A stretch of DNA of 64,000 bases, from the NCBI GenBank assembly GCA_002633005.1, contig NMRA01000293.1, positions 385,707-449,706 of the forward strand, read 5' to 3'. The position numbers were made by a program, and so were the translations under genes. Origin of the DNA: Phoronis australis. Lineage: Eukaryota > Animalia > Phoronida. Shown here piece after piece: positions 11,114 to 23,672 of this stretch; within the stretch, counting starts at the first letter, position 1, and the number at the start of each line of letters is the position of its first letter. Below the pieces are notes generated by a model. It did no database searches and had not been told where the DNA came from. It saw only the letters and a program-made list of their open reading frames with translations.

Positions 11114-14100
11114 TTACAAGTCGCAATAAATGTTTAAAGACGAGTCGACAACTTTTCCATGACAACACACTTTCTTGGGGCTTTCGTATGGAATGTTGTC
11201 ACAACATTTGTTGAATTTTCCTCCAGGGAATGTTTTCCCACCGCAAGAAATTGTACCACCTGGCTTCTCGTGAACGTTGGAGCAGACGACGTTTCTATCG
11301 ATGACGACGGCATTGTTGCAACATTTCTGCGTCGCTTGGCTATAACGATGGTTATTGCAGCAAGCGAACTTATATTTGTCGATAACTCCACCGTCACAGC
11401 AAGTTTCTGTCGAAAGCGAATAGAATTTGCCAGCGCAACATCCATACCAAAGTTTATCTTTTGTGACCCCGCCGCAACATAAGTCACTTGCTTTGAAGAA
11501 GATTTTACCATTACAGCAACCTTGGGTGTTCGGGTAGAACGGTTTTCCAGCACAACAAGCCCCCTTGTTTTTTGGCTGAATCTGAGTTCCACAACAACTA
11601 TGAGTCATCACGTTGTAAGGTACCCCGTAGCAACATCGGTACCACGCTTTTTCCTTCACGGATCCGCCACAGCAGATGTCGTTGACTCGGTTGTACGATA
11701 CTCCGCTACAACAGCCATGCGTCCCATCGTCAATGACTTTACCGTCACAGCATGTCTGTGTTTCATCATTATACGGCACTCCGCCGCAGCAGTTTCCGCC
11801 TTTCAGCTGCACTTCTCCACCACAGCAAACGTGTGAGAAACGAGAGAAAAACTTGCCAGAGCAGCAACCGTACCATAGCTTGTCTTTAACAACACCTCCA
11901 CAACAAATGTCTGTATATTTAGAATAAGACTTGCCATTGCAGCAACCGTCAGATGCGAGTTTGATGATTTCGTCACCGCAGCAAGCGTGTGTTCTGTCGT
12001 CATATATCTGGCCACCACAGCAAGAGCCGCCCTTTGCAGCAATGGTGTCACCACAGCAAAAGTACTTACTGACAGAGTAAGGTCTACCTGCACAACAGCC
12101 AAATTCGCCCTTGTTTTTCACCAAGCCTCCGCAGCAATTGTCACTGTCTGTGTAGAAAGGAACTCCTTTGCAACACCCTTGGTTAGCGCTGTCAATCACA
12201 TTACCGTTACAACATGCATGCGTTTTAGGATTGAAAGGAACATTGTTACAACAATGATCTTTTCCTTTTGGTACAACTTGTCCGCCACAACATGTGTATG
12301 AAGACAACGTGTAGGTCTTGCCATTGCAACACCCGTACCACCAGGCGTCTTTGGTGACTCCACCGCAACAGACCTCAATTCGCTTGTCATATGAAGTACC
12401 ATCACAGCAACCCTGGTCTTCGGTGTCTATAATCTTATCTTTGCAGCACGATTCATATTTAGGATCGAAGATGTCGCCACCACAGCAAGTGTTGGAATCC
12501 TTCGGTACAATCTTCCTACCGCAACAAGAATATTTACCTAAGCTATACGCTTCGCCATGACAACAACCATACTGGTATTTGTCTAGAACTGAACCATCGC
12601 AACAAATCTCATTATGTTTGTTAAACGGGCGTCCGTCACAGCATCCTTGGCGTGCAAAATTTATTACTTGGCCTCTACAACACGCTTCTTTTACTGGAGT
12701 ATATGAGACGCCGTTGCAACACTGTGCGTCACCTTTGAGAATGATTTGTGCACCACAGCATTTGGATGAAGACAACGAATAGACCTTTCCGCCACAACAC
12801 CCGTACCACATCTTGTCTTTGACAATGCCACCACAACACAAGTTTACATTTTTCTTGAATGTGACACCGTTGCAGCATCCGTGGCTCTTGAGGCGTATTA
12901 TGCAATCATTGCAACATGCCTCACGGCTTGGGTCATAGGGCTTGCCACCGCAGCATGCACTCCCCTCTTTCGGTTGAATTTGCCCATCGCAGCAAATTTG
13001 GTTGTTCACGTTGAATGGTTTTTGTCCGCAACAGCTAAAATACGCCTTGGGCTTAACGGCACCTCCACAGCAGATTTCATTGGCTTTAGTATAAGCTACT
13101 CCACTGCAGCAACCCTGCGTTCGTCCATCTAAGAGCTTGTTATCACAACACGTGCTTTTAAGAGGGTCGAAGAGAACTTCATTGCAACAATGGCCCTGAT
13201 ATTTGGACACGATATTTCCGCCGCAGCAAATGTGAGACGATGTGGAATACGCTTTATCAGCACAGCATTCGTACCAACTTTTATCTTTAAGGACGCCTCC
13301 ACAGCACATATCCCTGTTTAGATAGTAAGGAACCCCATCGCAACAACCTTGATGTCCCTTTTTGAGTATAAGTGACTGGCAGCACGTGTTGGTCAGTGCG
13401 TTGTATGGTTTCCCACCGCAGCACTTGAAGCCTGCCTTCGGACTAAGGTGACCACCGCAGCACATTTTGTTGGACGACAAGGAGTATGGTCTACCGGAAC
13501 AGCATCCAAATGCAGCGCTGTATTTGACTAATCCACCACAGCATATCTGACTGTTTTTGGCGAAAGGTATACCTTTGCAACATCCTTGAGTTGAACTGTC
13601 AACTAGCTGGCCATCGCAACAATCGTGAGTTTTGGGGTTGAATGGTTTGTCGTTGCAACACGCTTTGCCACTGTACTTTGACTGAATCTGTCCAGCACAG
13701 CATGACTGCGATGCGAGAGAATATGGCTTGCCAGCACAACACCCATACCAGAGCTTGTCTTTGAGGATACCGCCACAGCAGACTTTGTCCCACTTGTAAT
13801 ATGGAAAGTTGTCGCAGCAGCCCTGCTTGGCAATATTAATGCACTGATTACCGCAACACGAGTGGTGGTTGAGAGAGTACACATAACCCCCACAACATCC
13901 TTCTGTCGCCTTTTTGTATGATTTGCCCGAACAACACCCGTATTCAGCTTTAGACTTACTTTCCCCACCGCAACATATTTCAGTGTACTTGTCGTACACC
14001 TCCCCTCGGCAGCAACCTTGTGAAGCAGCTGTGATTACGCGACCATCGCAGCAACTTTCAGTTTGAGGGTTGTAGGGTACGTTATTACAACAGGTGCTCT

Positions 14101-17100
14101 TATCTTTGGGTTGGACTTGACCTGCGCAGCAAATATCATAAGCTAATGAGTAAACTCGACCAGAACAGCATCCATACCATGCTGAATCTTTCAGAACGCC
14201 GTTGCAGCAAACGGACCTATCCTTGAAGTAAGGGGCGCCATTGCAACAATCCTGGTTTGATTTCTTGATCACTTGGTTATTGCAACAGGAATGAGTAACA
14301 GGGTTGTAAGGAACTTTTACACAGCATGCTTGGTTTTTGTCAATGACTTGACCGCCGCAGCAAGTATGGCTCGACAAGGTGTAAACTTTTCCATTACAGC
14401 ACCCGTAAAAGCCCTTGTTCTTTGCTTTGCCGTCGCAGCAGATGTAACCATTCTTGTTGTACGGAACACCATTGCAACAATCCTCTGTAGCAGAGTTAAT
14501 TACTTGGCCGTTACAACAACTTTGGGTGCCTGGTTTGTAAGCATTTTTGCCGCAACACTGTTTACCGTTGCCAGAGTGGACAATGTTCTCGCAACAAATG
14601 TGGGATGTGAGACTGTAAGGCTGACCTGCACAGCAACCGTAGTGAGAAGTGTCTTTAACATAACCTCCGCAACACGTCTGACTTTTCTTGGTGAATGGAA
14701 CTCCTTTACAGCATCCTTTGTCGGCGGTGTTGATGACATGGCCATTACAGCATGTCTGATATTTGGAATCGAACGGCTTTCCATTGCAGCATAAACCGCT
14801 GCCTTTCCTTTGAATGTGTCCACCGCAGCAAATATCAGACGTGATTTCGTAAGGTTTGCCGCTACAACAACCGTACACGTCTTTGTTTTTGATGACACCA
14901 CCACAGCACATTTGTTTGTCCTTGTAATATGGTACACTGTTGCAACAATCTTGCGACCAAGTGCTTATTATTACTTTATTGCAACAGGTGTGAGTTGAAG
15001 GATCATATGGCTTTCCGTCACAGCAACTGCTGCTGTCTTTCTTTTGTACCTGATCTCCGCAGCATATATGCGTACTGGTGTAGAAAAGATAACCAGAACA
15101 ACAACTGTATGAATAACCGTCCTTAACTTTACCTCCACAACATATCTCAGATGTTTTACTGTACTGCACACCATTACAGCACGCTTGAGTGGAAGTGCTG
15201 ATGATTTGACCTTTGCAACATTCTTGGTAACTGGAATCAAACGGCTTGCCGTTACAACATTGGGCAGCATCTTTCGTTTGGATTGTTCCGCCGCAACAAA
15301 TGTGGGACGAAAGCTTGTAATATTTGCCTTGACAACACCCGTACCAAATCTTGTCTTTAACCACACCGCTGCAGCACATATCGCTTTGCTTATAATAAGG
15401 TACGCCATTACAACAATCCTGGATAATAGAACTTAATATCTTGTTATTGCAACACATACTCGTTGTAGGATCATATGGTTTATCATCACAGCAACCGTTG
15501 CCATCTTTCTTTTGAATTTGACCCCCACAGCAAATGTGCGTGCTTACGTAGAAAGGGTAACCTGAACAGCAACCGTACGAAGATCTGCTCTTCGCTTTTC
15601 CACCGCAGCAAATCTCAGAGCTCTTGCTGTAAGGTACTCCATTGCAGCAGCCTTGACTGTCAGTAGTTATGATTTGATCCCTGCAACATGCTTGATACCT
15701 GGAATCAAAGGGCTTTCCATTACAACACTGCCCTCTATCCTTTCCTTGGATCTTTCCACCACAACAAATGTAAGAGGAAAGTTTGTAATATTGGCCTCGA
15801 CAACAACCGTACCAAATCTTATCCTTAACAACATCGCCACAGCAAATATCGCTGGCTTTGTAGTATGGTACTCCGTTACAGCATCCTTGTTTGTTTCTGT
15901 TTATAACGTGTTTGTTGCAGCAAGACTCCGTAGATGGATTGTAATAAAACTTACCGCAGCATAGGTTGCCATTGTTGGACTGAATCCGGCCTTCACAACA
16001 AATCTGCGACTTAAGGTTATATGGATAACCTGCACAGCAGCCATACCACGATTTATCTTTCACAACACCGCCGCAACAAATTTGCGACACTTTATTAAAA
16101 GACGCACCATTGCAGCAACCGTCGGCGTCCGTACTGATTATCTTCCCCTTGCAACAGGCCTGGTACAATGAATCGTATGGTTTACCGTCGCAACACTTGG
16201 CTTCATCTTTCGCTTGTACTGTTCCACCGCAACATACCTGCGATGACAAACTGTAGGTTCTTCCGTTGCAACATCCATACCATTCCTTGTCTTTGACTAC
16301 ACCGCCGCAACAGATGTCGGATGCCTTGTAATATGGGGAACCATCACAGCAGCCTTCGGTATTCTTGCTGATAATTTTGCCATTGCAACAGGACTGTGTC
16401 GAAGGATTGTAAGCTTTGTTGCTGCAGCAGTATGAACCCGTGCAGCATTCTGAATCTGCTTTAGACTGCACGTAACCATTACAGCAAATCTGGGTATCCT
16501 TTTTATAGCCTTCACCGTTACAGCAGCCGTACCACGCCTTTTCATACACCTTGTACCCACAACAGATCTCATCAGCTTCCGTATATTTCAAACCCGCGCA
16601 ACATCCGTAGTAGCGCCTGTTGACGTAGTCTTTACCGCAGCATTCGTAGCCATTTAGGGAACCATACACGTTTTTAGATTGGCAGCATGTCTGTTTCTGT
16701 TTAATGAAATAACCTGTGCCACAGCACTGAAACAATGACGCGTCTTTTAGAATCGTGCTACAACACACTTCCTTTGCTGAGTTGTAGCGCAAATAACCGC
16801 ATCTTTTATCGTACCCGTAATGGTTTCTCCGCGGTACACCTCCGAAGCCAGTACCACCTATTCCACCGTGGAAACCAGCGTCGCAAAGTCTGCAATATAA
16901 AGTGACGACCGTCGGTTACTGTTAAGAAAACGCAATATTCCACGAGTTAGAACTGACATACCCTGTTTTAAAGGGACATTTTCAGGGTAGAAAGTCATCA
17001 AGCAGAAATTACCTGTAGCGCGGAATTGAACCCGGCACCATCTCTGCATTAACAGCCGATGAGCCACATTGCTCGCGTTAAAAAGCACAAAACTTTAAAG

Positions 17101-20100
17101 GCTTACTATCAAATGCTCTCCATTTCTTGACTTAAATTTTTTCATTTTTTATTTTAATGACCCTGCACATGCTCTATAAATCCGTTCCAAACTGTTGCAG
17201 GAGAAGTTTGATGGTTTTATTTTGACCCATAAGCATAAACATTTCGTGATGACGTTCTGACCCTGATATCATCGATGCTGCGCGTGAATAAGGTCAACTG
17301 TGTTATGGAGAGGTGGTTTCGTAAACGCAGAAACAAAACAGAGATTGTTAACGTTTCCTATGTTCACCAGTAATCTGAATTTCCTGGGTTTGCTATTTGA
17401 ACAGTCATATGAATGTCAGTTACTTGACAAGTAAAACGTAGAAAATAAATGTAAAATAGGCAAAAATAATAGATTAGACGCAGTGGTGACATTTAAATGG
17501 CAAAGACACCGGTCTTGATTTCTGTGAATGTCGATCCGTCTGACAACAGGCGAGAGGGTGTGGTAGGACGCCGTGTCCCTCCGCTAAATCTACCAGTTTA
17601 CAATTTAGCGTTGACGTTGTATTAAAAAGTCAAAGAAGCACTCGTTTACTGTCTTCAATACATTGCGACCTTTAAAATTCTCCAGTAAAACCTTCAGTTC
17701 ACCATAATAGAGTCAAGTGTAACAGCCTAATCCACACATCTAGTGTCGACTAATTGCAAGTGGGAACGATTCCCAGCGAAATATCGAATAACATCGCCCA
17801 ATGATTTGCCGCCATCCCAGAGCTGTTGTGAAATCAACCGTACGACTGTATAATTCTAACTTGCCTGACGATGCACCGATTGGTGATTTCTGATACTAAG
17901 GCCCTGCTGACACGGCAGATTACCTTCCGACTTCCGGTCGATATAACCATGTTTAGACCGAAAACTCATGAGATTGGCCTCTGAAGTTTACAAGCATGTG
18001 ACTACGCCCGAGCATGCTAGGCATAGAATAGAACCCAATCGGCGAGATCAGCCGATCGTCGCCCGATATGTGACTAAGGCATAACATAATATTCCGAACA
18101 AATAAATGAGCACTTAAATCGATCTGAAGCGAAGTTGATTGCAAATCTGTTTACTTCCAGATTTACCCCGTTTAACATAAACTTAAGTCTAAAACATTCA
18201 CTTTCTGCCGCAGATTATTACATCTATCCAGCATCCAGGATATAAACTTGTGTGGGTCCACCTTACAAGGTGGCATGGCTCCCAGGAAAGAATCTTTTTG
18301 AAAATAATAATAACGATGATTATGATGATGATGATGATGACGATGATGATGATGATGATGATGATGATAACCAAATAATAGCTTTATTTTATGTAACAGA
18401 CCTCCTTGCGAAATTACGAAACTTACAATATATAGAGTCTAAATACAGCAGATCTAAGAGAAATTTATTCCAATTCAAAAACTTGTAAATAATGGTATAA
18501 TAAGGATATAAACAACAACAATTGTATAACAACAACAACAAGTGAAAAACCCTCAATTCACATCTTAAAACATCATAATCATTCGTAATCACGTGGCCAC
18601 TATTTTTGTGAAATTTTCATTTTTGCTTTGAACAGTTCCTACAAATGAACTGCAAAAGACTTCATGTTTGAAATATATTTTTCAAGACTTTCTCATTTTC
18701 TTTAATCTATCACAAGTTCACAAAGTAAAAAGTCTTCATGTTTGGCAATTGGCATCTCAACTTTTTAAAAAAATCGAGGCAAGTTTTTCTAGGCTGTAGA
18801 TCAAAAGTACGATTGCAAGATCTCGATGAGTAAAAATCCCAATAGTTTCAACGAGGTAGTTTTTGTGGAAGAAATTTAATTTAGGTACATGGTCCTCAGT
18901 GTTTTTGGAAATCGGAATTAAAAACTGCTGGAAATCAAGAGGCATGAAGAAAGTGGATTGGGATGTTGTCCAAGTCGGTCGAGACAACTGTCAAATTTGG
19001 CAAACAAAAATACATCAAAAGATCAGTCAAGGGTAGCAATGAAAAAAGAGAACTGTTCGACATTTTATTGAAGATACGAGTTTATTGGATTGCGAATGGT
19101 GACAGCATTAGGCGCTACAACGAGCGTATTTCCCAACCATCACCGAGAGCGCTTCTTACCGGTTAGGGTTACTATAGCCACTCATCACAGGGTTTTTATG
19201 ACCGGCTGCTTTTATTTTGTGATTATGGAACATAGATGGGCGTCAGTCAGGTAACCGCTGCCTATTCGTGGCAACATTTTTTCTGTCCGTTTTAGGCACA
19301 GCGGACTATAAACTGAACCCGTTATTGAAAATAGAACTTTTCCATTGTTTGAAAGGCAAAAATCGGTTAACCACAAAAGAAGAAATAATGCGCAGCGCAA
19401 CTGCTGTTCCTCGATTGTGTAACCTGGCTGTGCAACACAAAGGGGCGACTTGACTTGTGTGCACCAAGGCTTATCAGAGCGATCTTAACTACTGGATCAT
19501 ACAACTATTTGGAAACTGCATTGTTGTTCGCTACTCCATGAAACTCAATTTGCCACTACACCTTTACACGTAATTGTTACTTTTGATGTCTAAGTATTCA
19601 ACAACTGTGTTGGCGTGTAAGCTGAGGTGCCATTTTAATTTGCTGTTGATGAATCGAAACTATTTTCAGCTTTTGTCGTCACCATTTTTCCATAAGCTTC
19701 ACGCAAAACACAGAGACTCCAATCCAATGGTAAAGATATTTTCAAAACAAATTATTTTTGTTGTCCAAGTTTAGATTGTTTATACTGTGCCTTTCACTCG
19801 AACTTACGTTTTGGATCTTTGTGAACCATTTACACTCCGAAAGGAAATTTTGATTAAAGGGATTCTGTGCAAAGACAGAACACTTTATACCATCGTTTCT
19901 GGAAAGATTTTCTCGGAAAATATTCAAACTGGACACGTAACGCAATTATTTTGTAACACAGCAAGTTCTGAAATTCCCACAAGTCCATCCTATGTTATAT
20001 TTTAACCGGACAATCTATATTATAGTCAGAGATTGAGTTTTTCTACTGAAATAATATTTGAATATGAATAATTTCACTAAATTGCATGAAACTGCAATAA

Positions 20101-20148
20101 AACTCACCCCAGAATTGTTAGTGCAAGGACTGGCGCTGACAAGTACAT
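11114..20148 (-). CDS. Giant secreted galaxin-like di-cysteine repeat protein, ~1,938 aa (exons 20148-20108, 16889-11114)
   Basis: Exon 1 MYLSAPVLALTIL-GG|gtgagt (phase 2) joins ttgcag|A at 16889 to give MYLSAPVLALTILGLCDA (signal peptide), GFHGGIGGTGFGGVPRRNHYGYDKR (Gly-rich propeptide with dibasic sites), then the 1892-aa ORF. That ORF has a CC pair every ~13 aa (CCxGxxYxxxxxxCCxGxVxx), the galaxin/usherin-type repeat. Confidence 0.88.
18304..18370. repeat. (AAT)/(GAT)n microsatellite in the galaxin intron
   Basis: Directly visible; explains the poly-D ORF 18252-18488. Confidence 0.95.
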
Positions 20149-20219
20149 GGTTCTTTTGTGTAGTGACGACAGGCCACGACTAAAAAACTTACTCAGGAAA
20201 ACCATTCAATGAACTTTCA

Positions 20220-20227
20220 CTTTTATA
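20220..20227 (-). promoter_or_regulatory. Candidate TATA box of the galaxin-like gene
   Basis: TATAAAAG on the minus strand ~72 nt upstream of the predicted ATG at 20148. Confidence 0.55.
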
Positions 20228-20391
20228 TCGAAATGTTTTTATTGCGCAAGGAATTAATGATCAAAATGTGAGCAGGTGCGGGGAATTGTTCACGAATATT
20301 CGTTCTTAAATAGTCCTTGCCAAAAATAACTGCTTTGCGTTATTTTTGTATATATATTTAATGGTTATTTGTGTAGATGTTCATTTGGCCT

Positions 20392-22163
20392 TACGTCAAA
20401 AAGATTAATAACAAAATCAAACAGTAAAGAGCGAGTCCACAAATCGACGATAATTTGGTAATTGAATAGTGGCATATGCTTGATTGTTGTCGTCGTTAAG
20501 CTTTAATTTAGAATTATTGGCGTGGTTTAAACTTATTTTAAAGATGTTTGTGTTTTATTTTAGTACCTCCGATCCATATACATGATATCAAAAGTGCCTT
20601 CCTAACTATATACATGTAGGAAATACAAATGAGTAATTAACAATGAAAGGAAATGTGACATCACACGGGGAAATTAACTGTGTATAATACAAAGTTGGTG
20701 AATAAAGAGAGCTAAGTTCCAAAAATTGCAAAAGTTCATCAAATAAGTGAAGGGCCGCCATCAGCGTTTCTAATGTTAATATTACGAATATCAAACTTTC
20801 TCCTAAGAGCTTCGTAAACTGGACACTCTATTAAAATGTGTCTTTCATACTGGCATCAGTGTGTACACAGCAGATCATCAAAATCCCAAGTATCGGCCAA
20901 TTTCAATTTTCAGTTTAGGCCTTGAACACTTAAAACGTGCAAGAATGAAATTTATATAAAAATCTCAAATATACTTCATTTAGATATCTGGTATATTTTC
21001 TGGAAGGAGCATTTTCAAACAATTTATAAAAATCTAATTTCCTAAGAAGTGGCATTTCATCCATCCATTTTTCGTCTACGTCGATACAACTTTGTTTAAA
21101 TTCGCACATCAATAATTCTTCGTTTCCAACTCCTTGCTGACCCATACAAGTCCAAACCCAGTCCTGTGCAGCAAGTTTTTAACATGAAATGCCAGCTTTC
21201 GCAGTTTCATTCAGCAACGTTGTATTGAATCTTAAGACATGTGCGGCCATATACATTCTCACGCATTTTCAATAATTTCAACCTATATTGGATAATTTTT
21301 AGCAATCTCATTGACACCATGGTATGTCTGCCTAGCTCACCTCTGCCGGCTGTTGAATTTTGACTCTCCGTCGAGACCTTATAAAAATTTACTAACTGTC
21401 TCATGTAAACTCCTAACACTAAAGCCCCTGTGAAAACCCACACTTCTGAATCCTACATAACAATAAGACGCATTTTATTATCGAACAGTTGTGACAAAAC
21501 ATTTACAGGAAACTTTGAAATTGAGACATACACTTTTTCAACATAACGGGTTTTCCTGCTGGGTCAGTTTTTCGCCAAGACACCCTTCGTTGTAACGTAA
21601 GTATCGAGATATCTGTCACTACATTGAACCCTAATTCGTTCTTTGTTAATGGACCATTTTCACAATAACGTAAATAACCTCCAAAACACCAAAAGTTTTC
21701 TGACCTGATAATTTCTTGTTTCCATTTTTACAATATACCTTAATCTTCTTGACAAGATAATACAACTAAATCATTTGCAAATAACTAACAGTAAGCATCA
21801 TTATCGGCCTTCAACTCTCGCTCAACATCATATAAATACATCGAGAACAAAAATGGTGAAAGCTGGCACGGTTGCCTTACTCCACACAAACAATCAAAAG
21901 ATTCCGTAATTTCACCACTTTGGTTTACCTGCCTGCAAGACTTCACAATCCAATACGTTGCACTCGATTTTTTACACATTTTACACCGGGATGATTATTT
22001 CGTTCTACATCAAAAATATTAATAATAAAATCAAGCACTGAAAAACGAGTCAACAAATCGATGATAATTTGGTAACTGAAAAGTGGCATAAGCTTAATTG
22101 TTGCCGTCGGTAAGCTGTAATTAAGAATTATCGACATGGTTTAAACTTAGTTAAAGATGGTTG
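20392..22163. repeat. ~159-bp direct repeat pair (20392-20550 and 22006-22163) bracketing the LINE
   Basis: tacgtcaaaaagattaataacaaaatcaa...tggtttaaacttattttaaagatgtttg versus tacatcaaaaatattaataataaaatcaa...tggtttaaacttagttaaagatggttg; about 85% identical by manual count. Confidence 0.85.
20551..22005 (-). mobile_element. Decayed 5'-truncated non-LTR retrotransposon (RTEX/CR1-L2-like RT plus C-terminal Cys/His motif)
   Basis: Minus-strand fragments read ITESFDCLCGVRQPCQLSPFLFSMYL (RT GVRQG..LSP.LF motif), LFANDLVV (decayed YADD), GRGELGRH and a C-terminal C..HF..ECP.Y..LR motif near 20800-20870. There are many stops and frameshifts. Confidence 0.85.
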
Positions 22164-22363
22164 CGGCAATTAGTGAAGTCAAATAAGACATGAATTGAAT
22201 CACACATTGTCATCTGTCTCTCAGAGTTGTGGTCAAAATGTGCAACAGCACGTAAAAGTTGATGGCATATTTTATCTGAAATCATGTTTAGTACGCGCAT
22301 ATTCCCTACAAAAGTATGGTGGGCTGATAACCAATGGAAATTAACAAACACTTGCATTTTTAA

Positions 22364-22839
22364 AGGGACATCATCGGCGAGAAAAGCGATTTTCTGAGAC
22401 CAGACTCAGCGCGAAATTCAATCTGTTACCACTGCTGTCGCAATTTAATGCCCTCCTGCTAAGCAAGATCTTGCTCAAAAGCGGCAGGTTATTGTCCGTT
22501 TAGTTCACCTTTTTGGTGACATGTTTGGTCTCTTTGTTCATTGTGGGTATCAGATGAACCACGAATTGAGAAAATGTAAAAAATGGTGTCATTACCGATG
22601 GTGAATTATGTCACGGCTTGTCAGGTAACTCATTTACAATCGTGACAAACAAGGAAGGAGAAACATGGTGGCAAAAAAAGTCACCGATGATTTCAGCGAA
22701 TGTGGCGGACAACGTACTTGTAATAAAATCACAAAACAACGGATTTTTTGGTTTTATAGCTCCGGTCAAAGTTAATAACTTTAAGAAGTCTATGCCATCC
22801 AACAATATTAAAGTGCGTTTTTCGGTCGCAAAGGTTCCT
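22364..22839. mobile_element. Kolobok-like MITE
   Basis: TTAA|AGGGACA... and ...GGTTCCT|TTAA: TTAA on both sides with AGG/CCT termini. Confidence 0.45.
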
Positions 22840-23672
22840 TTAAAGAAAAACAGAATCTGAAATCGACAACTCACGTTGTGGAGATTAAACAGATGCTCCA
22901 AACGCTCTGTCAAAACATAGACTATAGTACATGTCTGTTGTCTATAATCTATGGTCAAAATCACACTCACAGGTGCTGGAATGTAAAAGAGAAAACAACA
23001 AAAGTCAACAAATTGAGACAATGGGATGCATTCAAAGACGTTAACTCTTTACGGTCTGTGATGTATACTAGACCTATGTCGTTAGATGTCGCCAGTGCAA
23101 AACTTCTATTCGTAGACTTGCGGTAGGCTACATTGTAGCCTCGCCCTCATGGTACGGCCGTTTGGCAGACGACAGATGCACGATCAAAGTTATATCGCGA
23201 GGTAAAAATAAGGTATCTAGAGCTATATCTTGGTGTACTAATAGATGGAAGAATCATCGAATTAATCACAGAATTTGAATGGACAGTGCAAACCTTAAGT
23301 TATGCTTTAAAGAAAGGATAGGCCCTAGCGTTACTGAACTAGATGCGGGTTACGTGTCTAGCAGCGGGCACTGCCTCCGTCGAACTCTACTAAGCAGAAG
23401 CGAGCGAAATAAATGAAGTCAGAGTACGGCAATTGTTGACTTATTTTGCATCAAAATAATTAAATAAATTTTCTTATTTCCTAACATTCGGGGTGTGCCA
23501 AATTATCTGATTACAGGTTTCACTGACGGGTTGGGCGAAATCAAACGAGGCCCAGCACCGACTTTTACTTTTAGTTTGTGATCGGAGTGAGTCGCCACGG
23601 TTTTCTACAACTTTTTTGTTCAGGTGACCTATAAATTTGCATATTTAGGACAAAAAGCGAAACTCAGTAAAA

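Noticed and set aside
11134-16572. Many alternative-frame and antisense ORFs overlapping the galaxin exon
   Set aside because: They are shadow ORFs produced by the repetitive Cys/Gly codon pattern and have no independent features.
17013-17903. Possible extra small exons in the galaxin intron (~17013-17043; ~17865-17903 with a GC donor)
   Set aside because: Direct splicing 20108 to 16889 already gives a clean signal peptide. The first candidate breaks the phase and the second would interrupt the signal peptide.
19054-19276. Telomerase-RNA-like template (minus strand TAACCCTAACC at 19161-19171) followed by a hairpin; the region also resembles a solo LTR (TGTT..AACA, two AATAAA) or a C-box (GTGATGA)
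   Set aside because: I could not find a pseudoknot, CR4/5 or H/ACA box, there is no TSD for an LTR and no well-placed D box. An 11-nt telomeric match can occur by chance in 64 kb. An Infernal search would settle it.
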